From Bacteroidota bacterium (GTDB taxonomy: Bacteria > Bacteroidota > Bacteroidia > Bacteroidales > JAAAOM01): a DNA stretch of 64,000 bases. The DNA is taken from positions 77,663 to 141,662 of the forward strand of contig JAAAOM010000003.1 of NCBI GenBank assembly GCA_009908855.1, given 5' to 3'. How positions within the stretch are numbered: the first letter of the stretch is position 1; each line of letters starts with the position of its first letter. The position numbers were made by a program, and so were the translations under genes. This document shows, one piece after another, positions 47,833 through 58,365 of this stretch. Below the pieces are notes generated by a model that was given only the letters and a program-made list of their open reading frames with translations, had not been told where the DNA came from and ran no database searches.

Positions 47833-49260
47833 TTATTCAATATTAATAAGCCGGTATAAATCAAAATCACTGTCGGTATAAATTAAAGAAAAGCGGTTAG
47901 TGTCTAAGTGCGAAGGTTTATGTATGACCAGGTATGCGGCGCCCCTACTAATTAATTCATTAAGTTTATGCTGATTCAGTTTGTTATCATCAATAGTCCA
48001 TCCTTTTCTGTTAAGAAAATATAATTGCTGTGGTGACGGACCTGCATTAATCACAACCAGTTTATCTTTTTCAATATATTCACCTGAAATGTATTCAAGT
48101 CGTAATACTTTGGTGTCATTCTTTTTGAGAAAAAAATCGTGTTGCTGATTGGCCACGGCTTCAATACCAATAATAACTAACAATAGTGTAGCATATTTTT
48201 GTGGTATTTTGTTAATAAATAATCCTGCCACCAATGCCATTATTGGTGTATAAGGGATCACATAATAATTATGTAATGGAAATACCGACCCTGTTTTAAG
48301 TATAAACACCAAAAAAACCAGGGTTACCACTCCTAGTGTGTAATAGATATACCTATTGTTATGATGCAGTAATATAACTAAACCTCCTATAAAACAGCAA
48401 AAAGCCAAATAGGACTGTAACGAGCTGAAATAAAATTTTTCAAGGGTTTCAGGAAACAGCTTTTTTATCTCACTGAATCCCTCAACAATCCCTTTGGGAA
48501 AATATAATTGGTACTGATATTTTTCGAGTAAATGAGGTACCCATTGAAAATACCATAGATATATCAAAACCAGCCCGCCTATTGAAATTGAATAAAAAAT
48601 GAATTTTCGCTGACGCGGAATTTTTTTATCAAATAAAGGAATAACAGCAATACCCAAAAGACTCAACGCCGGGATTTTGCATAATACGCCTAATGAACAA
48701 AAGATAAAATACAAGATCAATGAAAACAAATTTCCCGTAAATAAATACTTATAGGCCATGAATAAACCAATAATAACGAGTGATACACTGAAGGTGTCAG
48801 GCATAATTTTTCTGGAAAAAGTAAACCAGATAGAGAGCGTTAAAATAATGGTGGCGTTGAATGCAACCTTTTTATTGAGAAGATTTTTAACCAATAGATA
48901 AAAGTAGTACGCTCCAAAACCGGATACAATGAGGTTTATAATCCTTCCATACCAATGCGTATAGCCAAAAACAGAAGATACTATATAAATTAAATAGTTA
49001 AAAAACGGAAACTCCGAACCAATAATTCCTGATTTATCTCCTGCCATATCAATTCTTGGATAAAGGATGTTGGAATCGACTTCGTAAAAATTTCGGGCAA
49101 TCATATTGGTTAATGACTGACGCCAATTGTGGCCGGATTCAAGAGGTGGATTGGTTATGCCAATTAGTCGAATGAGAAAAAATAATATTATCCAGAAGCG
49201 TATGTCACTAAGGATAGCTTTTAAACGATATTTTGTGTTAACCACTGTTAAATCTTGCAC
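47833..49260 (-). CDS. ArnT/PMT-like (GT39/GT83-type) membrane glycosyltransferase
   Basis: 475-aa polytopic membrane ORF. The N-terminal loop NPPLESGHNWRQSLTNMIARNF is typical of lipid-carrier-dependent glycosyltransferases of this fold. Confidence 0.7.
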   Translation of the reverse strand: MQDLTVVNTKYRLKAILSDIRFWIILFFLIRLIGITNPPLESGHNWRQSLTNMIARNFYEVDSNILYPRIDMAGDKSGIIGSEFPFFNYLIYIVSSVFGYTHWYGRIINLIVSGFGAYYFYLLVKNLLNKKVAFNATIILTLSIWFTFSRKIMPDTFSVSLVIIGLFMAYKYLFTGNLFSLILYFIFCSLGVLCKIPALSLLGIAVIPLFDKKIPRQRKFIFYSISIGGLVLIYLWYFQWVPHLLEKYQYQLYFPKGIVEGFSEIKKLFPETLEKFYFSSLQSYLAFCCFIGGLVILLHHNNRYIYYTLGVVTLVFLVFILKTGSVFPLHNYYVIPYTPIMALVAGLFINKIPQKYATLLLVIIGIEAVANQQHDFFLKKNDTKVLRLEYISGEYIEKDKLVVINAGPSPQQLYFLNRKGWTIDDNKLNQHKLNELISRGAAYLVIHKPSHLDTNRFSLIYTDSDFDLYRLINIE

Positions 49261-49310
49261 TTTAAAACCCGTAAACTATTGTATACTTCAGCATATGGTA
49301 TTAAATCAGT

Positions 49311-50300
49311 TTATACTTTTACCCATCTATTCTCATAAATGGAAATTATTGTATCAACAATGCTGTTTATATTTTCATCGGCTATTTGCCATTTCTTATT
49401 ATTACGGTACCATGATACGACTTCCTGCACACCCTGTGAAAATGGCACTGTGCATTGGAAATCAGGTACCAGTTTTTTGATCTTTGCATTATCAAATATC
49501 ACCGAATGTGATTTATCCCCTAACAGGCTCGCCCCACGATCGGGTGCATAACGGGCAATAAAGTCGGTTGGTACATGCACTGCATTTAAGGGAACCCCGA
49601 GTGCATCGGCATGCATTTGAAAAATCCGGTTCCAGGTAAGCAATTCATCGGATGTGATATGATAGGCTTCGCCAATCGCTTCCTGTTTACCCATTAGACC
49701 GACAAATCCGCGTGCAAAATCAGTATTATGCGTTAAAACCCAAATGGAAGTACCATCGCCATGAATGATTACTTTTTTACCTTTCAGCATACGGTCGAGA
49801 ATGGTATAGCCCCAGCCTGTGGTAACCATGCTGTAATCGTAAGTATGTGAGGGCCGCACAATGGTAACAGGAAAATCCTTTTTTTTACAGGCATCCAACA
49901 ATAAATTTTCACATTGTGCTTTTAATTGTGCATATTCCCAATATGGATTGTACAATGGTGTATCTTCATTAATAGGTAATTTTTGTACTGGTTTTTGATA
50001 TGCCGATGCGGAGCTGATAAAAATATATTGTTTTGTTTTGCCCGAAAATATCTCAATATCGGCCTTTACATGTTCCGGTATGAAATTAATCCAGTTTACC
50101 ACTACATCAAACTGATAACCATTGAGTATTTTCTCGGTTTCTTCAATATTACGTATATCGCCACGTATGTGATTAACCCCGTTAATCTGTCGATGGCTTT
50201 TGCCCCGATTGAAATGAAACAACTCAATCCCTTTTTTTACGGCCAGCTCGGAAACAGCTGAACTAATTATTCCGGTTCCGCCTATGAACAGTGCTTTCAT
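49311..50300 (-). CDS. NAD-dependent epimerase/dehydratase (extended SDR)
   Basis: 329-aa ORF with the N-terminal Rossmann motif MKALFIGGTGIISSAV and a YxxxK region (YAQLKAQCE). Confidence 0.8.
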   Translation of the reverse strand: MKALFIGGTGIISSAVSELAVKKGIELFHFNRGKSHRQINGVNHIRGDIRNIEETEKILNGYQFDVVVNWINFIPEHVKADIEIFSGKTKQYIFISSASAYQKPVQKLPINEDTPLYNPYWEYAQLKAQCENLLLDACKKKDFPVTIVRPSHTYDYSMVTTGWGYTILDRMLKGKKVIIHGDGTSIWVLTHNTDFARGFVGLMGKQEAIGEAYHITSDELLTWNRIFQMHADALGVPLNAVHVPTDFIARYAPDRGASLLGDKSHSVIFDNAKIKKLVPDFQCTVPFSQGVQEVVSWYRNNKKWQIADENINSIVDTIISIYENRWVKV

Positions 50301-50390
50301 ACGGGTTTTTACTTATATTTAGTATAAAAATAAGGACTTACGGTGGTAATACAAAATTTGTAGTTATCAGACGATCATTAAAATTGAATG

Positions 50391-51143
50391 TTAAACTTTT
50401 CTGCGAATATGATAATTAAATTCCATATTCACCTGCTTCACCGTTTTATCATCCCAGATCGGTTTAAGGGCCTGCTGTAAATGACCGATAATATCGTCGC
50501 AATGATATTCGTCGTATCGTTTAACCGCAGACCATGTACTGAGGTAATTAAGCAGGGTATCGCGTGTCCAGGACTGTACCATTTCAAAATGGGGCGGTTC
50601 AACCTTTTGAAAGGGAAATTCAACTTCTTTGTAGCCCGATTTGGCCAGCCAGTTTCTTTCTGACCAATAACCTTCAACGGGATTAAATAATTGCTCGTTT
50701 ATAACATTATCTAATTCATCTTCTATATTGAAAAATCCATAATTAAAACACGCCATTATACCGCCTGTCTTCAACACCCGGTCGGCTTCTTTAAAAAATG
50801 CCTCAATGTCAAACCAGTGTAAAGCCTGGGCAACACAAATCATATCAAAATACCGATCGGGAAAGTTGGTTTGTTCTGCCGGCATGACCTGGTAATTAAC
50901 ATGTGTGTGCTGAAAAGCATGGTTGATTTGATTTTCGCTTATGTCCGTACCATGCACTTCTGTAAATTCATCAGCCAGATCAATAGCAACCTGTCCATTA
51001 CCACAACCACAATCCCATAATCGCTCTTTTGATTCCAATAACGAAATCAGGAATTTGTAAAACGCGACTGGATATTTAGGGCGTGCCAATGCATACTGAT
51101 CAGACTTTTGATTGAAACTTGCTGCATTTTTATTGATAGCCAT
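50391..51143 (-). CDS. class I SAM-dependent methyltransferase
   Basis: 250-aa ORF with SAM-binding motif I (LWDCGCGNGQVAIDLA) and a post-I acidic residue (GTDIS). Confidence 0.8.
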   Translation of the reverse strand: MAINKNAASFNQKSDQYALARPKYPVAFYKFLISLLESKERLWDCGCGNGQVAIDLADEFTEVHGTDISENQINHAFQHTHVNYQVMPAEQTNFPDRYFDMICVAQALHWFDIEAFFKEADRVLKTGGIMACFNYGFFNIEDELDNVINEQLFNPVEGYWSERNWLAKSGYKEVEFPFQKVEPPHFEMVQSWTRDTLLNYLSTWSAVKRYDEYHCDDIIGHLQQALKPIWDDKTVKQVNMEFNYHIRRKV

Positions 51144-51165
51144 AATTGATAAGCATTCCTTTTAA

Positions 51166-51894
51166 CTACTCATGCATTATTAAATGCGCTGCTTCACTGT
51201 CCATAAACCAGAACAGATTACCCGATACCGGATTAACCAGTGCTGCCGGATATTTATCCTTCACATATTCGCGCTCATCCAATATACCTGCAACAATATT
51301 TTTTTTATTGGTTCCTGTTAACAGGAAAGCCACATGTTTAGCATTATTAATTACCTTACCGGTAAGGCTCACCCTTTTTTGGCCGGTTTCAGGATGTTCA
51401 CCAACCACACAATTGCTATTTTCATCCCATAGCTTAATCTGATGCGGGAAAATTGATGCGGTATGTCCATCATTTCCCATGCCCAGGATGATTAAATCGA
51501 AATGAGGAGTATTGTTCTTTAAGGGCAGTTTTTCCTGAAGCAGAGAAGCATAATTCCCGGCTTCTTTCTGCGGTGATTCTTCACCCTTCATGCGGTACAC
51601 CTGATCCGGATTAATTTTTAACTTATCCAGCAAATGTTTTTTTGCATTGTAAAAGTTACTTTCATTGCTATCGGGTGGTACACACCTTTCATCAACCCAA
51701 AAGAAATGCACTTTCTGCCAAATATGGCTTTCTTTTAAATTGTCGGCCCAATAGTTAAATAATGCTATGGGTGTTGTACCACCGCTTATGGCCATGTAAA
51801 ACGTTCCTGATTTATTATCAGCCAGTTGTACAAAGAATTTTGTAAATCCCTCACACAAACCATGTATATCGGTAAAAATTTGTTGCTTGTCCAT
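51166..51894 (-). CDS. pgl: 6-phosphogluconolactonase
   Basis: 242-aa ORF with Pgl/NagB-fold motifs (ISGGTTP, FFWVDERCVP, DLIILGMGNDGHTASIFP). It lies immediately downstream of zwf. Confidence 0.88.
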   Translation of the reverse strand: MDKQQIFTDIHGLCEGFTKFFVQLADNKSGTFYMAISGGTTPIALFNYWADNLKESHIWQKVHFFWVDERCVPPDSNESNFYNAKKHLLDKLKINPDQVYRMKGEESPQKEAGNYASLLQEKLPLKNNTPHFDLIILGMGNDGHTASIFPHQIKLWDENSNCVVGEHPETGQKRVSLTGKVINNAKHVAFLLTGTNKKNIVAGILDEREYVKDKYPAALVNPVSGNLFWFMDSEAAHLIMHE

Positions 51895-51902
51895 TGATTT
51901 TA

Positions 51903-53432
51903 TTATAATTCACAATAAATACCATCATCAGCCAGGTTTTTACAAGGATACCGCCATGTCAGGTTATCCCCGTCAATAAGATTATCAGCCATATCAGGCC
52001 CCCAGGTACCTGCCGGATAACCATACAGGGGCGTATCCGGATTATCATGCCAATACTGAATTACGGGATCGACAAACTTCCAGGCTTCTTCAACCCCGTC
52101 ACCCCGGGTATATAAAGTTGCATCGCCCTGCATGCAATCCAGTAACAGCCGTTCGTAAGCACTTGGCACATAAGTTTCCTGCAGGTCTTTGTAATGAAAA
52201 TCCATATTTACGTTTTTTACCTGAAAACCAGCGCCCGGAATTTTCATGCCCGTTTTAAGCAAAATACCTTCATCAGGCTGAATACGTAATACCAATACAT
52301 TTCCATCATTACAAAAATCGAGATTTTCAACGAATAATTTATGCGGTGTTGGCTTAAAATGGATAACAATTTCAGAAACAGTGGTAGGCAGCGCTTTACC
52401 GGTCCGGATATAGAATGGTACACCGCCCCATCGCCAGTTATCCACAAAAAATTTCATGGCCACATACGTTTCGGTACGCGAATCGGGGTTTACACCTGTT
52501 TCTTCGCGATACCCTTTTGTCTGTTTGCCCTGCACATGCGCGGATGTATATTGTCCCCGGATAACATTTTTATAGAAGTCGGCTTCGGTAAAGGGCCGTA
52601 ACGACTGGAATACCTTAATTTTTTCGTTTCTGATAGCTCCTGCATCGATCACCGTAGGTGGCTCCATGGCAACCAGCGCCAACAACTGCATTAAATGGTT
52701 TTGTACCATGTCGCGCATGGCACCGGCCGGATCGTAGTAACCTCCTCGCGAGCCAACACCCAGGTTTTCAGCTGCGGTAATCTCAACATGGTGAATAAAA
52801 TTGCTGTTCCACAGTGGTTCATAAATACTATTGGCAAATCGGGTTACTAAAATATTTTGTACGGTCTCCTTGCCCAGGTAATGATCAATACGGAAAATCT
52901 GTTCTTCATCAAAATACTGTAATAGATATTTGTTAAGCTCTAAAGCCGACTTTAAATCAGTACCGAAAGGTTTTTCAATGATAATACGTCGCCAGTTCGA
53001 TTCACTTTTGTTTAAATCATGAGCAGCCAGAAAACCAGGGATAACGGTGTACAAAGATGGTGGTGCGGAAAGATAGTAGGTATAATTACCGCACGTGTTA
53101 CACGGGCCATCCAACTCTTCAAGCCTGGATTTTACTTTTGCATAATCTTCTTCAGCGGATGTATCAATGGCTTGGTAATATAAAATTTTACAAAAATTAT
53201 TGATCTTGTCATCCCCGGAATTATTGAACTTAGCAAAGCGCTGAATACCTTCTTTCATTTTGTTACGGAAAGCCTCATCAGACATCTCACTACGGCTTAC
53301 CCCCAACATGGCAAAATGACCGGGTAACAAATCCTGCATGTACAAATCGAAAATTGCCGGAACAAGTTTACGAAATGTTAAATCGCCCGATGCTCCGAAA
53401 ATTACCAAAATATGGTCGTCGGGTTTTTTCAA
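51903..53432 (-). CDS. zwf: glucose-6-phosphate 1-dehydrogenase
   Basis: 509-aa ORF with the NADP motif VIFGASGDLTFRKL and the active-site motif RIDHYLGKE. Confidence 0.93.
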   Translation of the reverse strand: MKKPDDHILVIFGASGDLTFRKLVPAIFDLYMQDLLPGHFAMLGVSRSEMSDEAFRNKMKEGIQRFAKFNNSGDDKINNFCKILYYQAIDTSAEEDYAKVKSRLEELDGPCNTCGNYTYYLSAPPSLYTVIPGFLAAHDLNKSESNWRRIIIEKPFGTDLKSALELNKYLLQYFDEEQIFRIDHYLGKETVQNILVTRFANSIYEPLWNSNFIHHVEITAAENLGVGSRGGYYDPAGAMRDMVQNHLMQLLALVAMEPPTVIDAGAIRNEKIKVFQSLRPFTEADFYKNVIRGQYTSAHVQGKQTKGYREETGVNPDSRTETYVAMKFFVDNWRWGGVPFYIRTGKALPTTVSEIVIHFKPTPHKLFVENLDFCNDGNVLVLRIQPDEGILLKTGMKIPGAGFQVKNVNMDFHYKDLQETYVPSAYERLLLDCMQGDATLYTRGDGVEEAWKFVDPVIQYWHDNPDTPLYGYPAGTWGPDMADNLIDGDNLTWRYPCKNLADDGIYCEL

Positions 53433-53825
53433 TCTGTCGTGTTTTATAGTTTTTAGTCTCTACAAAAACACTGAAATGCAGAAATGGTTCAGACAATTTA
53501 AAATTCGACTTTATTCTTTTTGTAATCTGTATAAATAAGTGTTTATTCTTCGCAATGTGTAATATAAAGTTCTTTTGCCTAAAAAAAAAACCACCCACCT
53601 GACTTGTATGGTAATTACTCAATAAATTAACTTACAAGCGTTTAGGAATATTTATCGGATTATAATTTATTTTCATTTGTCGGATAGAGCTCGCCATGAT
53701 GCATCATATACTCCAAACAACTTGTTAATAGCTTCATTATAATTATTCATGTGCGTGTCAATTTTATTATCATGGCTCGGTTCCTATTATTTTTCTTTGA
53801 CCAAACAAGGAAACGTCAAATCAGG

Positions 53826-53864
53826 AATAAAAAAGAAACCTTTCCCTGCGTAGGCAGGGAAAGG
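53826..53864 (-). terminator. rho-independent terminator
   Basis: CCTTTCCCTGC-GTAG-GCAGGGAAAGG is a perfect 11-bp stem with a 4-nt loop. It is followed on the minus strand by TTTCTTTTTTAT. It lies 37 nt downstream of the 53901..54254 ORF. Confidence 0.8.
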
Positions 53865-53900
53865 GAATTCTAATGCAGGCTGTTTCAATCTATCAATTAG

Positions 53901-54254
53901 TTAGGTACCGGCGGACTTCGGCATCACAAATTCTCTGAAATTTTTTCTTGTAATTGTTTTATTCTCTGAATTATATGCATCAGTGAATGTTTTTGGTAAT
54001 TTATTTGATTTCTTTTCTGACCATTTAAATTCATATCCAAAAATCTTTCCCCCAATATCTTCTACAAAATCAACTTCTTGTTGTTGTTTAGTTCTCCAAA
54101 AATATATTCTTGCCAAACTCTTTTTATACTCATTTTGCTTAACTCTCTCCGAGATCAGGAAATTTTCCCATAAAGCTCCTTTATCTTGAAAATACAGAAT
54201 TAATGTTGCTGTATCGCTGCTGTTATTGCAAGCCAAACAATAGTGTACAAACAA
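53901..54254 (-). pseudogene. 3'-terminal remnant of a DUF4143-type AAA ATPase gene
   Basis: The 117-aa ORF matches only the C-terminal part of the roughly 380-400-aa ATPase family (ALWENFLISE...YFWRTKQQQEVDFVED..GYEFKWSEKK). Only 62 nt separate it from the upstream gene, so the AAA domain is missing. Confidence 0.65.
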
Positions 54255-54316
54255 TCTTTTTTATATCCATACAGTGGAGTGCAGCAGTATTACCAGGCAC
54301 TCCATGCATTCAATAC

Positions 54317-55165
54317 CTACGATAACCCTGCTTCATTTATCACCTCCACCTGAAATGGTTTGCTCGCTTCTCCCCTGTACAGTGAAACATGTGGGAACGG
54401 TATTTCAATTTCTGCACGCTCAAAGGCTTCCTGAATGTCAATAAATAAGCTATTTCTGAGCTTCACGTAGTTCGTTTTTTCAAACCAAACACCGAATGTT
54501 ATATCAATGCCACTGGCTCCGTAATTCTGAAATAAAATTAGTGTTTCAGGTTCATCCAATACCAATGGGTTTTTAACGGCAACATCCTGTAACACCTCTT
54601 TCACTTTGCGCAGGTCTTCCTTATAAGCCACACTCAATTTTACATCCATCCGACGGATGGGAAATTTGGTGATATTGGTAATATCGGTACTCAATATGTT
54701 TTGATTGGGGATACGAATCAGTAAATTATCGAGTGTTCGTAGCTTGGTGGATAGCAAATCAACCGAGTAAACAATGCCGAGTTTATCGCCGACACGGATC
54801 AGATCACCGATTTCAAAGGATTTCTCGGAAATTACAAAAAGACCGCTAATAATATTCCCCACACTGGTTTGTGAAGCAAATCCGACAATCACCCCCACAA
54901 TACCTGCCCCGGCCAGTAAGGTGGTTATATTGATGCCAAATTCGCGTAATACAGCAAAAACCAGTAAAATAACACCGGTATACACAATGGCTTTATTTAA
55001 CAACATGCGGCCCTGTGGTGACATCTTACGCGTAAAAAAGCGTCGTACAATTAGCGCCAGCAGCTGAATGAGCCCATAACCCACAATGATAATAATGGCA
55101 ATTTTCAGTGCTTTGGTTAGATTTTCGGCACTGAGGAACTGTTGAAAATCGAAGTTAAAATCCAT
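54317..55165 (-). CDS. mscS: MscS-family mechanosensitive ion channel
   Basis: 282-aa ORF with three N-terminal TM helices and the conserved pore/beta-domain region (GFASQTSVGNIISGLFVISEKSFEIGDLIRVG..GIVYSVDLLSTKLRTLDN). Confidence 0.88.
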   Translation of the reverse strand: MDFNFDFQQFLSAENLTKALKIAIIIIVGYGLIQLLALIVRRFFTRKMSPQGRMLLNKAIVYTGVILLVFAVLREFGINITTLLAGAGIVGVIVGFASQTSVGNIISGLFVISEKSFEIGDLIRVGDKLGIVYSVDLLSTKLRTLDNLLIRIPNQNILSTDITNITKFPIRRMDVKLSVAYKEDLRKVKEVLQDVAVKNPLVLDEPETLILFQNYGASGIDITFGVWFEKTNYVKLRNSLFIDIQEAFERAEIEIPFPHVSLYRGEASKPFQVEVINEAGLS

Positions 55166-55168
55166 AGC

Positions 55169-55954
55169 TTACTGGGTAAATGATTTTAAAAAATGAAAAC
55201 TTCTTTTTAGTAAATTCCGGTTATCGGATGAACGAGGATTGGCCAACATTTTAAAATGCTGGCTGAAAGTAGGTTTCGACTTTATAGGTTGCACATCACT
55301 GGCCACATCCGGCCCACGAAATGTAATCCTGGTTTCGTTGCTACACAAATAGGATTTTTCGGCATATAATGTTAAATGCTCTACCCGCAATAAAAAGCGC
55401 TGAAAATCCAAAATTTCTTTTGAATCATTAAATAGTTTTACAGGGCATATTACATGATTGGTTTTTAATTCCTCCGGGCGATAGGTAAATAAAATGGAGC
55501 GGTCGCCTGACAATGCCAACTCTCCGTTATCCGGTTCACCAAACCAGGTTTGCGACATTTCAACGGATGGAAACTCTATTAAACGATTTTCTTCTTTCAC
55601 CGTACCCAGATAAAACTGAATATAAACCGGAACCTGGAAATATATGGTACTCTGAATACCAGGGGCAATTTTCAGTTCATCCTGTGGTTTAAATACAATG
55701 GGATATACAGGCATGGCCGGCATCATATACAACTGACTGCGATCAGTAATAAATTTAGTTCCTCCCTCCAAATCAATCTCAGTATCTTCAGTGGTATAAA
55801 GATATTCCGGGCTTTCCTCATCAACCCGCTCTTTTAATATGGTAATTGTCTTGCCTACTTTGCTCACCTGCAATTGTATATCCCCCAATTGCCACTTATG
55901 TAGCTGATTGTCTTCCAGTTTATACCTGGTCCATATTTGCTGATTCATAATCAA
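55169..55954 (-). CDS. conserved hypothetical protein (family not identified)
   Basis: 261-aa soluble ORF with no competing frame. Its stop lies 3 nt before the mscS start, which suggests co-transcription. Confidence 0.6.
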   Translation of the reverse strand: MIMNQQIWTRYKLEDNQLHKWQLGDIQLQVSKVGKTITILKERVDEESPEYLYTTEDTEIDLEGGTKFITDRSQLYMMPAMPVYPIVFKPQDELKIAPGIQSTIYFQVPVYIQFYLGTVKEENRLIEFPSVEMSQTWFGEPDNGELALSGDRSILFTYRPEELKTNHVICPVKLFNDSKEILDFQRFLLRVEHLTLYAEKSYLCSNETRITFRGPDVASDVQPIKSKPTFSQHFKMLANPRSSDNRNLLKRSFHFLKSFTQ

Positions 55955-56050
55955 CGCTTTTATCTATCGAAAATTAGAATTATTCGCGTAAAGATAAAAG
56001 CTTTTGTATTGAATTAAATCATGGTGAAGAAATGATAGGGTCCAATCATT

Positions 56051-56749
56051 TTAAACTTTTAAAGTGGATAACCCACCGTCTACCCCGATGATTTGCCCGG
56101 TGATCCAGCTTGATTTTTCAGACAACAGAAAGCAGGCCATTTCCGATATATCCGTGGGCAATCCTACACGTTTCAGTGGATGTCTGTCAGCCGAAGCCTG
56201 CTTTTTGCTATCGCTTGAAAGCAATCGCTCCGATAAATTGGTTTCGGTAAGCGACGGTGCAATACCATTTACCCTCACCTTTGGTGCATATTCAGCTGCC
56301 AGGGCACGAATAAGGCCTTCAACCGCTCCTTTTGCTGATGCAATGGAGGCATGAAATGGCATGCCTTGTTTAACGGCAACAGTAGACAATAATACAATAG
56401 ATGCCTGATGGTTCATGGTTAAACTCTTCATGGCCCATTTTATGGCTTTGACTGCACCCATAAAATTGATCTGCATATCATTATGAAAGTCATTTTCTTT
56501 CAGACTTTTAAAGGGTTTCAGTGTAATGGTACCGGGCAGGTACAGCAATCCGTCAAGTTTTTCAGGTATGATATCAACCGGTAAGTCATCTTCTAATATA
56601 TTTAGCTGATGGACACTTATATTGTCAAAATCTTTTTCTGGCTTGTCCCTGGCAATCACTGTACAATAATCGCCTTCTGATGTGATTTTTCCTATCACTT
56701 CCATCCCTATAGTGGAATTCCCACCAATAATTAAATACTGTTTAGACAT
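56051..56749 (-). CDS. short-chain dehydrogenase/reductase (classical SDR)
   Basis: 232-aa ORF with a Rossmann start (YLIIGGNSTIG), and a catalytic S...Y/K region (ASIASAKGAVEGL). Confidence 0.8.
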   Translation of the reverse strand: MSKQYLIIGGNSTIGMEVIGKITSEGDYCTVIARDKPEKDFDNISVHQLNILEDDLPVDIIPEKLDGLLYLPGTITLKPFKSLKENDFHNDMQINFMGAVKAIKWAMKSLTMNHQASIVLLSTVAVKQGMPFHASIASAKGAVEGLIRALAAEYAPKVRVNGIAPSLTETNLSERLLSSDSKKQASADRHPLKRVGLPTDISEMACFLLSEKSSWITGQIIGVDGGLSTLKV

Positions 56750-56817
56750 ACTTTTTTTAATTGTCTAAACATCCAATGTATTATTTTTGTTTAATTATTT
56801 ATATTATTAGTTAAACA

Positions 56818-58257
56818 TTATTTGTATCGCTCCAGATTTCTGATCATGCCATTGAAAATGAAACCATGAAAAGGTAGCAGTAAAAACCAGTAAATCCTGC
56901 CCCAAACACCTTTTGGACGAAATGTAGCCGTTTGCTGCAGGATAAATTCATGATTTTCTTTTGTAATATTGAATGCCAACCATGCTTCACCGGGCAATTT
57001 CATTTCAGCGTAAAGCAATAACCGACCCTCCGCGCGATTGGCATAAATAACCCGCCAGAAATCGATTACATCGCCCGGTTCAATCATGGCAAAATTTGTT
57101 CGCCCCCGACGCAACCCGATGCCTCCTGCCATTTTATCCAAAACACCCCGTATACGCCACAAAAAATTACCATAATACCATCCTCTCTCACCACCTATGC
57201 TCCATATATTATCGATCACATTGTTAATATCATTTGTGATCTTAATTTGTTTATAATCTTTAAAACAACCGTATGTTGGCACTTCAATAAGCGATTGCAA
57301 TGATAAATGACGGTTACCGGCAATCATGGCATCTTTCCAACTGGATAGTACCAGATTTTGTTCAATACGTTCAAAGGCCTGTTTTATAGCATGGGTGTAA
57401 TCGATGCGTTCAATGTTCACATAATTCTTAATATCGTCATTTTTACAAACCACTTCTATTTTCATACTGTTCACCAGGTTTACAGCCAGATTATAAGAAG
57501 TAGACGTAACAAAATACAACCAATAGGATGAAAGTCGCGGAGTCATAACAGGTAACGTAATGATCAACCGTTTCAACTTTCGGAAGGCGGCAAATTTCAG
57601 AAGCATCTGTTTGTACGTAAGTATTTCGGGACCACCTATGTCAAAAGTTTGGTTGTAGGTTCCGGAAACATGTAAGACACCATACAAATATTCAATAACG
57701 TTTCGGATGGCTATGGGTTGACATTTGGTTTTCAGCCATTGTGGTGTAATCATTACCGGTAGTTTTTCAACCAGATCACGAATGATTTCAAAGGAAGCGC
57801 TGCCTGAACCGACAATTATGCCGGCTCGTAAGGTGGTTAACGGGACTTTGGAAGCAGCCAACAGATTCTCTACCTTTTTTCGGGATTTTAAATGCTCACT
57901 TAAATGATCGGCATTGCTGATACCACTTAAAAATACTATTTGCTGTGCCCGTGTCTGATCCATTAATTCCACAAAATTGGCTGCTGTTTGTGACTCTAAA
58001 TCACTGAACCCACCGCGATTGGCTCCCATTGAATGAATCAAATAAAAGGCAGCATCAATATCATCAGGGAATGCATCGGATTCTTTGACATGCAGTAAAT
58101 CAATCTCCATGGTTTCAAGCAGACCGGTATCATACTTATGAATATCAAATCGGTTTTTGTCTCTAACTGTTGCTACTACCTCATGGCCATTTTCAAGCAA
58201 CACTGGTAAGAGTCTTTTTCCTATATAACCATTGGCACCGGTTAGCAATATTTTCAT
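56818..58257 (-). CDS. NAD(P)H-binding (NmrA/atypical SDR) protein with a DUF2867-like C-terminal domain
   Basis: 479-aa ORF. The N-terminus MKILLTGANGYIGKRLLPVLLENGHEVVATVR is a Rossmann motif. The C-terminal roughly 180 aa resemble the SRPBCC-like DUF2867 extension commonly fused to this SDR. Confidence 0.7.
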   Translation of the reverse strand: MKILLTGANGYIGKRLLPVLLENGHEVVATVRDKNRFDIHKYDTGLLETMEIDLLHVKESDAFPDDIDAAFYLIHSMGANRGGFSDLESQTAANFVELMDQTRAQQIVFLSGISNADHLSEHLKSRKKVENLLAASKVPLTTLRAGIIVGSGSASFEIIRDLVEKLPVMITPQWLKTKCQPIAIRNVIEYLYGVLHVSGTYNQTFDIGGPEILTYKQMLLKFAAFRKLKRLIITLPVMTPRLSSYWLYFVTSTSYNLAVNLVNSMKIEVVCKNDDIKNYVNIERIDYTHAIKQAFERIEQNLVLSSWKDAMIAGNRHLSLQSLIEVPTYGCFKDYKQIKITNDINNVIDNIWSIGGERGWYYGNFLWRIRGVLDKMAGGIGLRRGRTNFAMIEPGDVIDFWRVIYANRAEGRLLLYAEMKLPGEAWLAFNITKENHEFILQQTATFRPKGVWGRIYWFLLLPFHGFIFNGMIRNLERYK

Positions 58258-58365
58258 ATAAACAGCTTTGTGTATACATATTATACCCTGAAAACAATAA
58301 GCCCACCTGTTGGTTCAGCAAAATTGAATATGGAATGAGCAAATTGGCTTCATTGGCCTTCAATA

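Noticed and set aside
53368-53622. 84-aa ORF upstream of and overlapping the zwf start
   Set aside because: It overlaps the conserved zwf N-terminus out of frame, and its composition is AT-rich and low-complexity.
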